Below, one piece after another: positions 8,029-19,398 of a stretch of DNA of 64,000 nt (positions are counted from its first letter, which is position 1; every line of letters starts with the position of its first letter). Source of the stretch: Candidatus Poribacteria bacterium. GTDB lineage: Bacteria; Poribacteria; WGA-4E; WGA-3G. The translations under genes and the position numbers were made by a program. Below the pieces are notes generated by a model. That model searched no databases. It saw nothing but the letters and a program-made list of their open reading frames with translations, and was not told where the DNA came from. Where the stretch lies: NCBI GenBank assembly GCA_012267415.1, contig JAAXGN010000008.1:719-64718 (forward strand), in the 5' to 3' direction.

Positions 8029-9486
8029 CTAATTCCATCTCTCAACAATAACCTTTTTCTGCGTGAAAAAATCAACAGCGTCCCAACTTTGTCCGTGCAA
8101 ATCACCAAAAAAACTATCCTTCCAACCGCTAAACGGGAAGAACGCCATCGGTGCAGCAACACCTATGTTAATACCGATGTTTCCGATCTGTGCTTCGTAA
8201 CGGAATTTGCGAGCAGCTGCGCCACTCCTCGTAAAGAGACACGCCATATTCCCATAGTTGCCGCTATTGATAAGTTCAATTGCTTCGTCAATCGTTTTGA
8301 CATGGATGAGTCCTAAAACAGGTCCGAAGATTTCTGTTTTTGCAATTTCCCCTTGTGGATCAATGTTTGAAAGCACAGTGGGACGTATGAAGTTACCATT
8401 TTCACAATCGCTGATGCTTGGATACCTTCCATCAACGAGGACCCGCGCACCCGCTTCTATACCTGTCTGAATTGTCCCTTCAATTCGTTTCTGACTTTCA
8501 GGAGTAATGACGGGGCCCATCTCTACATGTTCATCCAAGCCGTTTCCAACAACTCTATCAGTAGCCACGTCACTTATGGCATTTGGAAACCAGTTTTGTG
8601 CACCACCAACAGCAAAGGCGAGAGAAGCGGCGAGACATCGCTGTCCAGCACATCCGAATGCACTATCTGCTGTTGCATTGACGGTGAACTGTGGATCCGC
8701 ATCAGGTAGGATGATCAACGGATTCTTCGCACCTCCCTGACATTGTACACGTTTGCCATGTGCTGCAGCTTTAGCATAGATTGACTTTGCAGTTGCAGTT
8801 GATCCGACAAAACTGATTGCACTGATAGCTGGATGTTCTAATATCGCATTCACAGTTTCCTGTCCACCATTGATGAGATTCACAACCCCTTTAGGTAACC
8901 CTGTCTGTTCAAGGAGATGGAAAATCTTCTGCATGGTAAGCGGCACTTTTTCGGATGGTTTTACAATGTAGGTGTTCCCACAAGCGATAGCATAAGGCAG
9001 GAACCAGAAAGTTATCATGCCAGGAAAATTGAAAGGCGCAATCACAGCACAGACACCCACAGGTTGTCGTATCATAAACTCATCAATACCGGTAGCGATG
9101 TCCTCCAAATTTGTGCCTTGCATCAATGTAGGAATGCCACATGCAACCTCAACATTTTCAATTGCACGCCGCATTTCTCCTTTTGATTCGGCAAGGGTTT
9201 TACCACACTCCAATGTAATCGTTTGTGCTATGTCATCTATGTTTTCCTCTAAGAGGTTTTTGAGTTTGAATAAATATTGAACCCGATGGACAGGAGGGGT
9301 ACGTCTCCATTCATCAAAAGCAGATACGGCAGCAGTCGCAGCTTGATGCACTTCTTCATCAGGTGATAACGGTACCGTTGTCAGCACTTCACCCGTTGCA
9401 GGGTTCGTTACATCCAGCATTTCTGTAGACTCAGACTGCAGCCATGTGTTGTCAATATAGTTTAATATGGGTGTTGGTTCAGTCAT
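8029..9486 (-). CDS. mmsA: CoA-acylating methylmalonate-semialdehyde dehydrogenase (aldehyde dehydrogenase family)
   Basis: 485 aa. Motifs [20 protein letters not shown] (catalytic Cys) and [12 protein letters not shown], with C-terminal [19 protein letters not shown] typical of MmsA. Confidence 0.85.
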   Translation of the reverse strand: MTEPTPILNYIDNTWLQSESTEMLDVTNPATGEVLTTVPLSPDEEVHQAATAAVSAFDEWRRTPPVHRVQYLFKLKNLLEENIDDIAQTITLECGKTLAESKGEMRRAIENVEVACGIPTLMQGTNLEDIATGIDEFMIRQPVGVCAVIAPFNFPGMITFWFLPYAIACGNTYIVKPSEKVPLTMQKIFHLLEQTGLPKGVVNLINGGQETVNAILEHPAISAISFVGSTATAKSIYAKAAAHGKRVQCQGGAKNPLIILPDADPQFTVNATADSAFGCAGQRCLAASLAFAVGGAQNWFPNAISDVATDRVVGNGLDEHVEMGPVITPESQKRIEGTIQTGIEAGARVLVDGRYPSISDCENGNFIRPTVLSNIDPQGEIAKTEIFGPVLGLIHVKTIDEAIELINSGNYGNMACLFTRSGAAARKFRYEAQIGNIGINIGVAAPMAFFPFSGWKDSFFGDLHGQSWDAVDFFTQKKVIVERWN

Positions 9487-9524
9487 TGAATGATGGTCTC
9501 TTTCATAACGTAAGAAAACAGTGA

Positions 9525-10940
9525 TTAGTTCTGTTTTGCAAAGAGTTCAAGTACTTTCATCTGCTCCATTGCTGCGACTACTTGCGGATCATGGACAATA
9601 TCGTCCTTGATGTTCTGCGTTTCCAATGCAATTGCAAACTTTATCCCTATATCGCTTAGGATAATCTGTTCTTCTGTGAGTGAGTCGGTCAACCTTCTAT
9701 ATTTCCTTAGTAGTTTAGCGGCTTCTCGGTCATCTCTTGATGCATGTTCTGCGTCAAATATTTTGGATAAGACATCATCCCCGTTTTCTTGAACAAAAGT
9801 CTTTATTTTCTGATGATTCCGAAGTTTGACTTGCATCTGCTGTTCTGAACGACTAAAATAGGCAGTTTCAACATCGGGCATGACACCGATTTTGTCTATA
9901 TCCACACCGCTGGGTGTGTAGTAACGTGCAACTGTTAGTTTTACCGCTGCTTTTGAATCACTGAGTGGAAAGACCTTTTGTACTGAGGCTTTTCCAAAAG
10001 TTTTGTTTCCCATAACCAGACCTCTCCCGTGGTCTTTTATTGCACCAGCAACGATTTCAGAGGCACTTGCACTCCCACCGTTCACTAAGACAATCAATGG
10101 AAAATTTTCTCTTGCTGGACCTTCTGCGTGAAAATCCTCCCGCTTTTCAATCCCCTTGCTATACACCACCAGTTTCCCTGGTTCAAGAAAATCACTTGAA
10201 ATTGCTACTGCTGAACTGAGTAAACCGCCAGGGTTGAAGCGGAGATCAAGTATAATTCCCTTTACATTTTGTTCAATGAGTTCTTCCAATGCCTTGTCAA
10301 CATCGTCTGGTGTTGTTTGTAAAAACTGATTGATTTTTAGATAACCGAGGTTATCACCGATTATTTCTTTCTCTACGTTTGGAATACGGATGACCTCTCG
10401 TGTGATAGAAACTTCAATCGGTTGACGCACCTTTGGACGAATTAATGTTATTGATACAGAAGTACCGGGTTCGCCACGTAATAAATCAACAGCTTCATCT
10501 AAAGTCATGACAGCAGTTGATTCTCCGTCTATCTGGCTGATGATATCACCATTTTGCACACCTGCAAGGTCTGCGGGATTTCCTTTGAAGGGCGTAATGA
10601 CGGTGATCATATCATCACGCATACCAACGGTCATACCAAGTCCGCCATAATTGCCTTGGTTCTGTGTACGAAATGTGAGGTAGTCAGGAATATATTGGCT
10701 ATAAGAGTCCAAAGTTCGCAGCATTCCCCTGATAGCCCCTTCCATCAACTCTTTTGCCTCAGGATTATCAAGATGCTCCTGTTCAATATAAGCTAATATT
10801 TCAGTAAAAAGCGAAATATTCTCTAATAGTGTGTCATTATCTGTTTCACCGTTTTCAGTCTCAGCTAAAGTCCAACTCAATTGAAGAAAAACTGCGATGA
10901 AAACAATTAGTAGAATGGTAAAAAAAGTATGTTTTTTCAT
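9525..10940 (-). CDS. ctpA: S41-family carboxy-terminal processing peptidase
   Basis: Signal/anchor segment, a PDZ segment ([11 protein letters not shown]) and the S41 core [35 protein letters not shown] chose the ATG at 10940 (GGAG 6 nt upstream) over the TTG at 10952. Confidence 0.88.
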   Translation of the reverse strand: MKKHTFFTILLIVFIAVFLQLSWTLAETENGETDNDTLLENISLFTEILAYIEQEHLDNPEAKELMEGAIRGMLRTLDSYSQYIPDYLTFRTQNQGNYGGLGMTVGMRDDMITVITPFKGNPADLAGVQNGDIISQIDGESTAVMTLDEAVDLLRGEPGTSVSITLIRPKVRQPIEVSITREVIRIPNVEKEIIGDNLGYLKINQFLQTTPDDVDKALEELIEQNVKGIILDLRFNPGGLLSSAVAISSDFLEPGKLVVYSKGIEKREDFHAEGPARENFPLIVLVNGGSASASEIVAGAIKDHGRGLVMGNKTFGKASVQKVFPLSDSKAAVKLTVARYYTPSGVDIDKIGVMPDVETAYFSRSEQQMQVKLRNHQKIKTFVQENGDDVLSKIFDAEHASRDDREAAKLLRKYRRLTDSLTEEQIILSDIGIKFAIALETQNIKDDIVHDPQVVAAMEQMKVLELFAKQN

Positions 10941-10971
10941 AATTGACTCCAATTCAATGTATTAATCTATT

Positions 10972-11469
10972 CTATCTATTTCCAACCAATTTGTTTGTTA
11001 TATTTCTTATTCTTGGGTTAAATGTAATGTAAAAAGCAACAATTACAGCAATAGTGCCGAATATCAAATCAAACCACTCCATACGGTTTTTCATCAGTTC
11101 AAATTTAGGACTTCCGTAATAAAGGTTTTTGACAATAGGTACGGCTTGTTCTTCCGTTAAGTCCCGATCTTGCATATATTGTTCAGTCATTTGTGCAATT
11201 GCATTCCAATGAACATCAAGGTATTTTCCTACAAAAATACCAACCACTGCGAATATGGCTGCTCCAATAGAGACCAACAACCAATGCATTTTCTCATCCG
11301 CATCAATTGCATTGACACATGTGAGTAGCATTCCTATTCCAGTGAACGCACCGATACAAACTGCGATAAATCCAAAAGTACTGCCAGTCCACTGAATGTA
11401 TTTTGCCCAAAGGATACCACCCAATACTGCACCGACGAGACCACCGAAAGGAGCTATGATAATTTTCAT
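10972..11469 (-). CDS. hypothetical integral membrane protein (about 4 TM segments)
   Basis: 165-aa hydrophobic ORF. Its start overlaps the gatA stop by 4 nt (ATGA-type coupling). Confidence 0.6.
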   Translation of the reverse strand: MKIIIAPFGGLVGAVLGGILWAKYIQWTGSTFGFIAVCIGAFTGIGMLLTCVNAIDADEKMHWLLVSIGAAIFAVVGIFVGKYLDVHWNAIAQMTEQYMQDRDLTEEQAVPIVKNLYYGSPKFELMKNRMEWFDLIFGTIAVIVAFYITFNPRIRNITNKLVGNR

Positions 11470-12947
11470 GAGTTGTCCTCATGTAAGAGTATTTCAGGTT
11501 TTTTACGATGATGTTCAGTATTTTGTTCATAAGTATAAGCAACCCGTAGGACTGATGCCTCTGCAAACGGTTTTGCAAGCAATTGTAGACCTACAGGTAA
11601 ACCACTTTGGACAAAACCACACGGGACGGAAATGCCAGGCAAACCCGCGTGACTCGCAGGGGTCGTCATCACATCACACATATACATCTGTAACGGGTCT
11701 GCAGTTCGTTCTCCGATTTTGAATGCAGGTGTAGGTGAAGTTGGCGTTGCAATCACGTCAACCTTCTCAAAAGCATCATCAAAATCTGACTTTATGAGTG
11801 TACGTACCTTTTGAGCTTTTTTATAATACGCATCTTGATACCCCGTACTCAATGCAAAAGTTCCAAGCATAATACGTCTTTTTACCTCTTGTCCAAAACC
11901 CTCACTGCGTGTCTTCTTATACATATTGATTAAATCAGCAGGGTCTTCCGTTCTATAACCGTAGCGTACTCCATCATATCTTGCAAGGTTCGCACTTGCT
12001 TCTGCGGGTGCGATGATATAATATGTTGCAATCGCATAATCTGTGTGAGGCAGAGAAATTTCAACAATTGCCGCTCCCAGTTTTTCTAATTCAGCAATAG
12101 CAGTATGTACACAGTCTGCTACATCTGTGTCTAAACCTTCAGCAAAATACTCCTTTGGCATCCCAATTTTCATGCCTTCTATGTCATTGATGAGAGACTT
12201 CGTGAAATCTGGGACAACAACATCAACAGAAGTTGAATCCATCTCGTCTTTGCCACAGAGCGCGTTTAGAACCAAAGCACAATCGGTCACGTCTTTAGTG
12301 AACGGACCAATCTGATCCAACGAAGAAGCAAAAGCGATAAGACCATAACGTGAAATCCGTCCGTAAGTTGGTTTCATGCCAACAACCCCACAGAGTGCAG
12401 CAGGTTGACGAATAGAACCCCCAGTATCTGAACCCAATGACAATATTGCTGTATCCGCTGCTACGACTGCTGCCGAACCGCCACTTGACCCACCGGGAAT
12501 CGTCTCTAAATCCCAGGGATTATGCGTTATCTGATATGCGGAATTTTCCGTAGATGACCCCATTGCAAACTCATCCATGTTCGTTTTGCCTATCATTACG
12601 ACACCTTGCTGATGAAGTTTTGTCATGACAGTCGCATCGTAAGGCGGGACAAAGTTGCTGAGTATTTTTGATGCACATGTTGTCCGGATATCTTTGGTGC
12701 ATATCACATCTTTTATTGCTATTGGTATGCCAGCAAGTGGTGGCATTTCATTTCCGTTCTGAAATCCAACGTCTGCCTTGCTCGCTTGCTCTAAAGCTGA
12801 CGCCTTTGTTAATGTCAAGTAGCCATTCACACTCGGTTCAACCGCATCTATCCGTGCATATATTGATTCAGTCAATTCTACAGCAGTGATTTCACGTTCC
12901 TTCAGTTTTTCGTGTAGTTCGTGCACTGTTAATTGATATAGAGACAT
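11466..12947 (-). CDS. gatA: Asp-tRNA(Asn)/Glu-tRNA(Gln) amidotransferase subunit A
   Basis: Amidase signature [13 protein letters not shown] and [25 protein letters not shown]. It lies immediately downstream of gatC. Confidence 0.95.
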   Translation of the reverse strand: MSLYQLTVHELHEKLKEREITAVELTESIYARIDAVEPSVNGYLTLTKASALEQASKADVGFQNGNEMPPLAGIPIAIKDVICTKDIRTTCASKILSNFVPPYDATVMTKLHQQGVVMIGKTNMDEFAMGSSTENSAYQITHNPWDLETIPGGSSGGSAAVVAADTAILSLGSDTGGSIRQPAALCGVVGMKPTYGRISRYGLIAFASSLDQIGPFTKDVTDCALVLNALCGKDEMDSTSVDVVVPDFTKSLINDIEGMKIGMPKEYFAEGLDTDVADCVHTAIAELEKLGAAIVEISLPHTDYAIATYYIIAPAEASANLARYDGVRYGYRTEDPADLINMYKKTRSEGFGQEVKRRIMLGTFALSTGYQDAYYKKAQKVRTLIKSDFDDAFEKVDVIATPTSPTPAFKIGERTADPLQMYMCDVMTTPASHAGLPGISVPCGFVQSGLPVGLQLLAKPFAEASVLRVAYTYEQNTEHHRKKPEILLHEDNS

Positions 12948-12958
12948 TCAACTACTCC

Positions 12959-13255
12959 TTACGTCACATCAATTACTCTAGGAACGCCAAAGTAGCCTTC
13001 GGCTGTTTCAGGTGCGTTTTCAAGGGCGGCATCAATAGGTAACGATTTTTTTACGACATCAGGTTTTGTTATATTTTGAAGCGGATGTATATGTGATGTA
13101 GGTGGAACATCTTCCGTATCCAATTCATTCAGTTTGCCAATATAATCTAAGATTCGACCGAGTTGTTCGGTGAAATGCTGTGTCTCTTCTGGATCAAATT
13201 CAAGTCGCGCTAAGTTTGCTACGTGACTTACATCTTCAGGTGTGATCGTTGCCAT
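12959..13255 (-). CDS. gatC: Asp-tRNA(Asn)/Glu-tRNA(Gln) amidotransferase subunit C
   Basis: 98-aa ORF with ITPEDVSHVANLARLEF..EE and a position directly upstream of gatA. Confidence 0.88.
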   Translation of the reverse strand: MATITPEDVSHVANLARLEFDPEETQHFTEQLGRILDYIGKLNELDTEDVPPTSHIHPLQNITKPDVVKKSLPIDAALENAPETAEGYFGVPRVIDVT

Positions 13256-13385
13256 ACCAATTAAACCTTCCTATATTTTTTTCATAATATATGTGCACTT
13301 CATGGCACTACGGGCAGCCCATCTAAAAATGGACCAGCCCCTACATACAAACGGATAAGTGTCTACCATAATTCTAAGTTTTACT

Positions 13386-15551
13386 TTATACCGCATGCAA
13401 GGGTGCTAATTCAACATCGAATTGCTTGGAACCTGCTCTATCAAACCTAACGACTACATAGGTATTTTGACCGTATTCTTTGAGTTTAACTACCTTTCCC
13501 CTGCCAAAATTGGGGTGGAATACAATTTGATCAACAGTGTATAAGTTGTCTTCTTCCTCTTCAACATATCTAATTTCTTGTTGCGTCAATGAGGAATGGG
13601 CTGAGTTGTAACGGTCAACATGTTTGATAAGATGTGGCGATATTTCTTCAATGAAACGTGAAGGGATTCTATGATCTGTTCCTCCCCAGGTTCTCCGTGA
13701 ACTTGCATGGACAAGATAGAGTTGTTCCATGGCTCGTGTAATGCCAACATAACATAGCCTTCGTTCCTCCTCTAAATCTGCTTCGGCACTGACAGATCGT
13801 TGATGTGGCAAAAATCCTTCCTCCATACCGACGATAAAAACAAACGGAAATTCTAACCCTTTGGCACTATGTAATGTCATCAACGTCACTACATTGGTTT
13901 CATCGGTGTTATCATCATCTTCCATCGTATCAATATCTGCGATAAGAGCGACGTTCTCCAGATAATCTGAAAGTGTCGGTTGTTCAGCGATCATTTCATA
14001 TTCACAGATTGCGTTCATCAGTTCATCAATATTCTCAACCCTGTTTTGTGCTTCTATGGTGCGCTGTTCTTTAAAGTTATCACGATACCCTGTTGTATTT
14101 AGGATATGTTCAAGCACTTCTGCTGGTAAGTCATCTGCATCATACGGGTCAAATAATTTCGCGAATCGGCGTATTTTTCCTTTTATGCCAGCGTTTATTT
14201 TTGGAATTTCGTCAACGCGATCTATTGCTTCAATGAGCGGTATTTCTTCGTTATCAGCAAAGGTCATAAGTCTTTCAAGTGATGTTGCCCCGATACCGCG
14301 TGTCGGCACATTTATGATACGTCTGAGACTCATTGAGTCAAAAGGATTACACATCACACGCAGATATGCCAATAGATCCTTAATCTCCATGCGGTCATAG
14401 AAACCGAGTCCGCCAACAATCTGATAAGGTATATTTGCCGCGCGCAATGCCTCTTCAAAAACTCTTGATTGTGCATTTGTCCGGTAAAAGATAGCGAAAT
14501 CTCTATAATCAACTCCTTCAGCATTCCAATCCTCAATTTTTGTTCCAACAAAACCGGCTTCATCGTTCTCATCCATCGCTTCGTAGCAGGTGATGGGTTC
14601 TCCTTCTTCATTTTTTGTCCAGAGTTTCTTCGGTTTCCTCGCTTTGTTGTTCTGAACGACGCTCCATGCTGCATGTAATATATTCTGTGTTGATCGGTAA
14701 TTCTGCTCCAAGCGTAGTACATGTGTGTTGGGATAATGCGTCTCAAAATTGAGTATGTTATGTATGTTTGCGCCTCGGAAACCGTATATAGATTGGTCAT
14801 CATCACCGACGACACAGACATTCTTTTTGTCACCTGCCAGTAGACGTACTAACTCATATTGGCATTTATTTGTGTCTTGATACTCATCCACAAGCACATG
14901 TAGGAATTTCTGATTGTAATATTTTAGCACTTCGGGAAATTTATTCAATAACGTTACAGTAAAGTTGAGCAGATCATCAAAATCTAATGCGTTGTTCTTG
15001 CGAAGTGCTTCCTGATATAGAGGGTAAACCTCTGATACGACCTTTTCATAGTATCCTTCGGCGATATTCTCATAGTTTGCTGGCGAAATGTTGTTGTTTT
15101 TTGCTTTGCTTATCAGATCATGAATGGTTCGTGGGTTATACTGTTTATCATCTAATCCAGCGTTTCTGATGATATCCTTAACGACTGTAACTTGTTCGCC
15201 TTTATCGTAGATAGTAAAGTTCTTAGTAAAACCGTCGAGTTTTTCGATATCTCTGCGTAAGATACGTGCACAGGTTGCGTGGAAAGTAGAGACCCATAGG
15301 TTTTTACCGATCCCTTCTTCAACGAGTACATCCAATCTCTCTTTCATTTCGTTTGCAGCTTTATTGGTAAAAGTAACAGCAAGTATTCGGAATGGAGAGA
15401 CGCGGTGGTGTTTTATGAGATATGCGACTCGGTGTGTGATAACGCGCGTTTTACCGCTCCCCGCACCGGAAAGTATCAGAAGGGGACCATCAGTGTGCAG
15501 CACAGCTTCACGTTGCACATCATTTAAGGAACTCAAAAGTTTATCGGACAA
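13386..15551 (-). CDS. pcrA: ATP-dependent DNA helicase PcrA/UvrD family
   Basis: SF1 motifs GAGSGKT, VDEYQDTN, LEQNYRST, TLHSAKGLEFPFVFIVG and YVGITRA. Confidence 0.93.
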   Translation of the reverse strand: MSDKLLSSLNDVQREAVLHTDGPLLILSGAGSGKTRVITHRVAYLIKHHRVSPFRILAVTFTNKAANEMKERLDVLVEEGIGKNLWVSTFHATCARILRRDIEKLDGFTKNFTIYDKGEQVTVVKDIIRNAGLDDKQYNPRTIHDLISKAKNNNISPANYENIAEGYYEKVVSEVYPLYQEALRKNNALDFDDLLNFTVTLLNKFPEVLKYYNQKFLHVLVDEYQDTNKCQYELVRLLAGDKKNVCVVGDDDQSIYGFRGANIHNILNFETHYPNTHVLRLEQNYRSTQNILHAAWSVVQNNKARKPKKLWTKNEEGEPITCYEAMDENDEAGFVGTKIEDWNAEGVDYRDFAIFYRTNAQSRVFEEALRAANIPYQIVGGLGFYDRMEIKDLLAYLRVMCNPFDSMSLRRIINVPTRGIGATSLERLMTFADNEEIPLIEAIDRVDEIPKINAGIKGKIRRFAKLFDPYDADDLPAEVLEHILNTTGYRDNFKEQRTIEAQNRVENIDELMNAICEYEMIAEQPTLSDYLENVALIADIDTMEDDDNTDETNVVTLMTLHSAKGLEFPFVFIVGMEEGFLPHQRSVSAEADLEEERRLCYVGITRAMEQLYLVHASSRRTWGGTDHRIPSRFIEEISPHLIKHVDRYNSAHSSLTQQEIRYVEEEEDNLYTVDQIVFHPNFGRGKVVKLKEYGQNTYVVVRFDRAGSKQFDVELAPLHAV

Positions 15552-15767
15552 AAAAACACCTCCGAGAGATGGGATAGGTAGTAACCTATAAAAGTATACG
15601 CAATTTGGATTTTCTTTGCAAGCGAATTTGTTTGTATATATTTAGAAGTTTTCTTGCAAATCTTATCTTTTTCGTGTATTCTATTCTTAAGTATTATGGT
15701 TAGAGAGTGAATACGATCCGGGTCACATGCTGTGGTATCTGGCTAACAGCCAAAGGAGATGTTCAAT

Positions 15768-16085
15768 ATGGTTATTAATTGGGACGGTATAACAACCTAT
15801 TTCATTTATAATGAATTGTTTGATGAAACCTATACCGCACATATTCAAAAGAACGGCAAAGATTGGCAAGGATCAATCGTTGAACTGCCCGAAATAGAAT
15901 GTATAGCGGAAACAGCGGAAGTTGTGCAAGAACAATTGCCGGACATGCTTCATGATGTTTTAGTTGCGAAAGAAGCAGCATGGGATCAGCAGCTTAAAGA
16001 AGATATGGAGGCGGGAAAACTTGACTCCCTTATTCAGGAAGCTATTGAAGACTATAAAGCGGGTAGATGTACTAAGATTGTGTAA
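15768..16085 (+). CDS. type II antitoxin with HicB-like (UPF0150) N-terminal fold
   Basis: ETYTAHIQKNGKDWQGSIVELPEIECIAETAEVVQEQL fits the HicB-like pattern. It ends 8 nt before the toxin gene. The ATG at 15768 has AAGGAG about 10 nt upstream; the ORF-track start is 15759. Confidence 0.65.
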   Translation: MVINWDGITTYFIYNELFDETYTAHIQKNGKDWQGSIVELPEIECIAETAEVVQEQLPDMLHDVLVAKEAAWDQQLKEDMEAGKLDSLIQEAIEDYKAGRCTKIV

Positions 16086-16093
16086 CGTTTGGT

Positions 16094-16360
16094 ATGAATA
16101 ACTCACAATTTGAGCATATTAGAAATCAGAAGTTTATAACGTTGTTGCGAAAACTCCCAACACATATACAAAGACGTGCTGCTAAACAGTTTCAAATTCT
16201 ACAAGATCACCCCTTATATCCCTCACTTCATTTCAAAAAAGTCTCTGGTCTTTGGTCATTACGTATTACTGACGATTACAGAGCTTTGGGATATGAAGAA
16301 AACGGTACGATTATTTGGTTTTGGATAGGAAAACATGATGAATACGAGCGGCGGATCTGA
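16094..16360 (+). CDS. RelE/ParE-superfamily toxin
   Basis: 88 aa. The C-terminal LHFKKVSGLWSLRITDDYRALGYEENGTIIWFWIGKHDEYERRI is the typical RelE/ParE-fold pattern. Confidence 0.75.
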   Translation: MNNSQFEHIRNQKFITLLRKLPTHIQRRAAKQFQILQDHPLYPSLHFKKVSGLWSLRITDDYRALGYEENGTIIWFWIGKHDEYERRI

Positions 16361-16392
16361 TTATCTTTCCTTATCAGGATCGGGGTAGCATA

Positions 16393-17193
16393 ATGAAGCA
16401 GATATTGACAATCGCTGGATCGGACTCTGGAGGCGGTGCTGGAATTCAGGCGGACATCAAGGCGATTTCTGCAAATGGGGGGTTCGCAATGTCGGTCATC
16501 ACATCCGTTACTGCACAAAATACTGTTGCTGTTACCGATGCTTATGATCTACCGATACCTTTAATTGAGTCTCAGTTAGATGCTGTCTTTTCAGATTTTG
16601 ACGTTGCAAGTGTAAAAACAGGTATGCTCTCATCTCAAATGATTGTGGAAACGGTTGCGCGTAAACTGAAGGAGTATAACCCAGAAGTAATTGTTGTTGA
16701 TCCGGTAATGATTTCAAAGAGCAAGTTTCCATTGTTGAAAGCAGAAGCCATTGATAGTTTGAAAAAATCCATTATTCCATTAGCAACGCTACTAACGCCC
16801 AATATTTACGAGGCAGAACTGTTGGCAAATAAACAGATACAGACAATTGATGATGCTAAGTCTGCAGCAAAAACAATTTCAGAATTAGGGTGTGAGGCAG
16901 TCCTTGTTAAAGGTGGACATCTTAGCAATGAGAAGAACGCAATAGACGTTCTGTTCTGGGAAGGTAAATGGTCATATTTTGAAGCACCGAGGATTGAGAC
17001 GAAGAATACACACGGGACAGGCTGCACTTATGCCTCAGCAATAGCGACACATCTTGCAGGTGGTAAGAATTTAGACGAAGCGATTCATGCATCAAAAAGA
17101 TATATTACCGATGCTATTAAACATGCGATAGATATAGGAAATGGCAATGGTCCGACTCACCATTTCTATTTTATGAACCCGCCAATATTATGA
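16393..17193 (+). CDS. thiD: hydroxymethylpyrimidine/phosphomethylpyrimidine kinase
   Basis: LTIAGSDSGGGAGIQADIKA, VVDPVMISKS, VKGGHL and GTGCTYASAIA. Confidence 0.93.
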   Translation: MKQILTIAGSDSGGGAGIQADIKAISANGGFAMSVITSVTAQNTVAVTDAYDLPIPLIESQLDAVFSDFDVASVKTGMLSSQMIVETVARKLKEYNPEVIVVDPVMISKSKFPLLKAEAIDSLKKSIIPLATLLTPNIYEAELLANKQIQTIDDAKSAAKTISELGCEAVLVKGGHLSNEKNAIDVLFWEGKWSYFEAPRIETKNTHGTGCTYASAIATHLAGGKNLDEAIHASKRYITDAIKHAIDIGNGNGPTHHFYFMNPPIL

Positions 17194-17217
17194 TACATGT
17201 TCTAATGTCTATAATGA

Positions 17218-17607
17218 TTATAGTTTTTCAAGAGGTTGTCGTCCATCATATCCGCTATCAATTTCATGCCAATATTCTATCTCCTTTTCACTATATCGCC
17301 AACATAGATATACTTCTCTTCCATCGCGCATGTGTGGAAAGTCAACTAAAGGGGGGTCAAGTCCTTTGATAAGGCATCCGCTCGCCTCTATGCGATCAAT
17401 TAACCTTTTTAATTCCACGCCTACTTGTAGATGCGAAAAGGCGTTTTTGTCACCGCCATTAGACGGTATCGCTTCAAAGAATGCGTCGAGCTCTATCCGA
17501 AGGTTTCCCAACATATTTTTTAGTTGGATCAAGGCTCTAACCTGTCCTGTCAATTCGGGGATATATTCATTTGCTTCTTCTACGGTAAAGTACTTTTTTT
17601 CCTGCAT
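17218..17607 (-). CDS. DUF2203-family protein
   Basis: 129 aa. KYFTVEEANEYIPEL at the N-terminus and LVDFPHMRDGREVYLCWRYSEKEIEYWH at the C-terminus match my memory of DUF2203. Confidence 0.6.
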   Translation of the reverse strand: MQEKKYFTVEEANEYIPELTGQVRALIQLKNMLGNLRIELDAFFEAIPSNGGDKNAFSHLQVGVELKRLIDRIEASGCLIKGLDPPLVDFPHMRDGREVYLCWRYSEKEIEYWHEIDSGYDGRQPLEKL

Positions 17608-17736
17608 TGTAATCTCCTTTATGTTTTACATTAAAATTATATGAATTCGGAATTGTTGTCAAGCATCAAATTAGAAGATGGAAGGTTGGAAGAATGGAAA
17701 CGGTTTTGATGCACTATAATCTATCTCGTATATCAC

Positions 17737-19398
17737 ATGGAAGAAAATGAGCAGATTACCTCCACGGAACAGAACCAGAATGTTGCTCGTGATGCGGCGA
17801 TTGTTAGTTTAGCAGTGATGGGTTCACGTTTGCTTGGTCTTGCCCGTGAAATGGTGATCTTTTACTATTTTAAGACGAAACTTGCCGCGCCTGCCTTTCA
17901 TCTTGCATTCCGCATCCCTAATTTCCTGCGAGATATGTTCGGTGAGGGTATTCTAAGCAAAGCGTTTATCACTACCTTCATCGCTACTGAAAAAGAGGAG
18001 GGGGAAGCAGCCGCTTGGGACCTTGCAAATCGTATTTTTAATCTGGTTGTAATTGTCCTGACCGGTATTGTCGTTTTGGGTATCGTGTTTTCCCCTGCTA
18101 TAGTTGATGTTTTAGCGCGTGAAAACTTTGATGAGGTATTAGAGCCGGGAAAACACTATGGGTTTGATACTAAAGTTGAGTTGACGATCTATCTAACCCA
18201 ATTGATGTTCCCTTATCTTCTGTTTGTATCCCTTGCTGCTATTGCCATGGGACTCCTTAACAGTAAAGGTAGGTTTGGTATACCTGCTTGTGCCTCCTCG
18301 TTCTTCAACCTGAGTTCACTTGTTATCGGCATTAGCGGATATTATCTATTTCAACGTATAGACATGCACCCGACAACGGGGATGGCAGTTGGTGTTCTTG
18401 TTGGGGGTATACTTCAATTTCTTATACAAGTTCCATCAATGTACCGTGTCGGATATCGGTATAGGCCGCTGCTTAGTTTTACAGAACCGCGGGTCGTCCA
18501 AGTTCTCAAATTAGTGGGTCCGGCTATTTTAGGAGTTGCTGCAGTCCCGATTAATCAACTGACCAATACATGGTTTATCACATCTGGTGATGAATGGTTA
18601 GCCTGGATTCAAGGTGCGTATCGCATCATGCACTTTCCACTCGGCATATTTGGTGTGGCAATATCTACAGTCATTTTACCGCAACTTGCTAAGTATGCAC
18701 ATTCAGACAGTATGGCAGAGTTCCGAGATTCGTTATCTTATGCCTTACGTTTGATGCTTACAGTTATTTTGCCAGCGTCAATTGGTCTGATGATATTGGC
18801 AGAACCGATCTGTAGATTACTCTATGAACGCGGCGAATTTACGGATACAGATACAGTCGCAACAGCACATGTTCTGTTCGTTTATGCATTTGGCTTGTGT
18901 GGATTTTCTGCACTGAAAATCGTTACGGACGGTTTTTATGCTTTCAAAGATATACGTGCACCTGTAATCGTTAGTCTATGCGGTGTCGCTCTTAATATCT
19001 GTATGAACTACATGTTTATATTTCAAGGGTTTTGGTTGAATGAACGCGCGATAGTGTTTTCTACTGTGACAACTGTAACACTGAACAGTGTCGTTTTGTT
19101 GTTTCTACTGAGACGTAGAATCGATAAAATAGGGTTTAATTTAGTGTTTAAGGTTGCATTGAAAGTACTATGTGCATCTGTGGTGATGGGGGTGGTATGT
19201 TGGGTATCCAATGGGTTTATAGAAAAAGATTGGCTTGGAACAGAGGGTATAGTGTCGCGAACTCTAAATGTATTCCTCCCGATTGGATTTAGTGTCCTAA
19301 CGCTTGCGGGGATGTATAAAGCATTAAAAGTATCGGAGTTTGATGACATATTGAACATTGTTAAACAGAGATTTCAAAAGCAAATTATTGTAAAGTGA
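17737..19398 (+). CDS. murJ: lipid II flippase MurJ/MviN
   Basis: 553-aa polytopic membrane protein with N-terminal GSRLLGLAREMVIFYYF and a MurJ-like length and TM pattern. Confidence 0.85.
   Translation: MEENEQITSTEQNQNVARDAAIVSLAVMGSRLLGLAREMVIFYYFKTKLAAPAFHLAFRIPNFLRDMFGEGILSKAFITTFIATEKEEGEAAAWDLANRIFNLVVIVLTGIVVLGIVFSPAIVDVLARENFDEVLEPGKHYGFDTKVELTIYLTQLMFPYLLFVSLAAIAMGLLNSKGRFGIPACASSFFNLSSLVIGISGYYLFQRIDMHPTTGMAVGVLVGGILQFLIQVPSMYRVGYRYRPLLSFTEPRVVQVLKLVGPAILGVAAVPINQLTNTWFITSGDEWLAWIQGAYRIMHFPLGIFGVAISTVILPQLAKYAHSDSMAEFRDSLSYALRLMLTVILPASIGLMILAEPICRLLYERGEFTDTDTVATAHVLFVYAFGLCGFSALKIVTDGFYAFKDIRAPVIVSLCGVALNICMNYMFIFQGFWLNERAIVFSTVTTVTLNSVVLLFLLRRRIDKIGFNLVFKVALKVLCASVVMGVVCWVSNGFIEKDWLGTEGIVSRTLNVFLPIGFSVLTLAGMYKALKVSEFDDILNIVKQRFQKQIIVK

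Noticed and set aside
11303-11722. ORFs 11303-11578 (-) and 11396-11722 (+) across the gatA/membrane-protein junction
   Set aside because: They sit in alternate frames of two well-supported, translationally coupled genes.
14056-14833. Track ORFs overlapping pcrA (14056-14400, 14354-14833, 14469-14678)
   Set aside because: They are embedded in or antisense to a helicase gene with all SF1 motifs, and their products have no domain-like features.
16361-16392. TPP riboswitch upstream of thiD
   Set aside because: Only 32 nt separate thiD from the toxin gene stop, which is too short for a THI-box. No CTGAGA-type core is seen.
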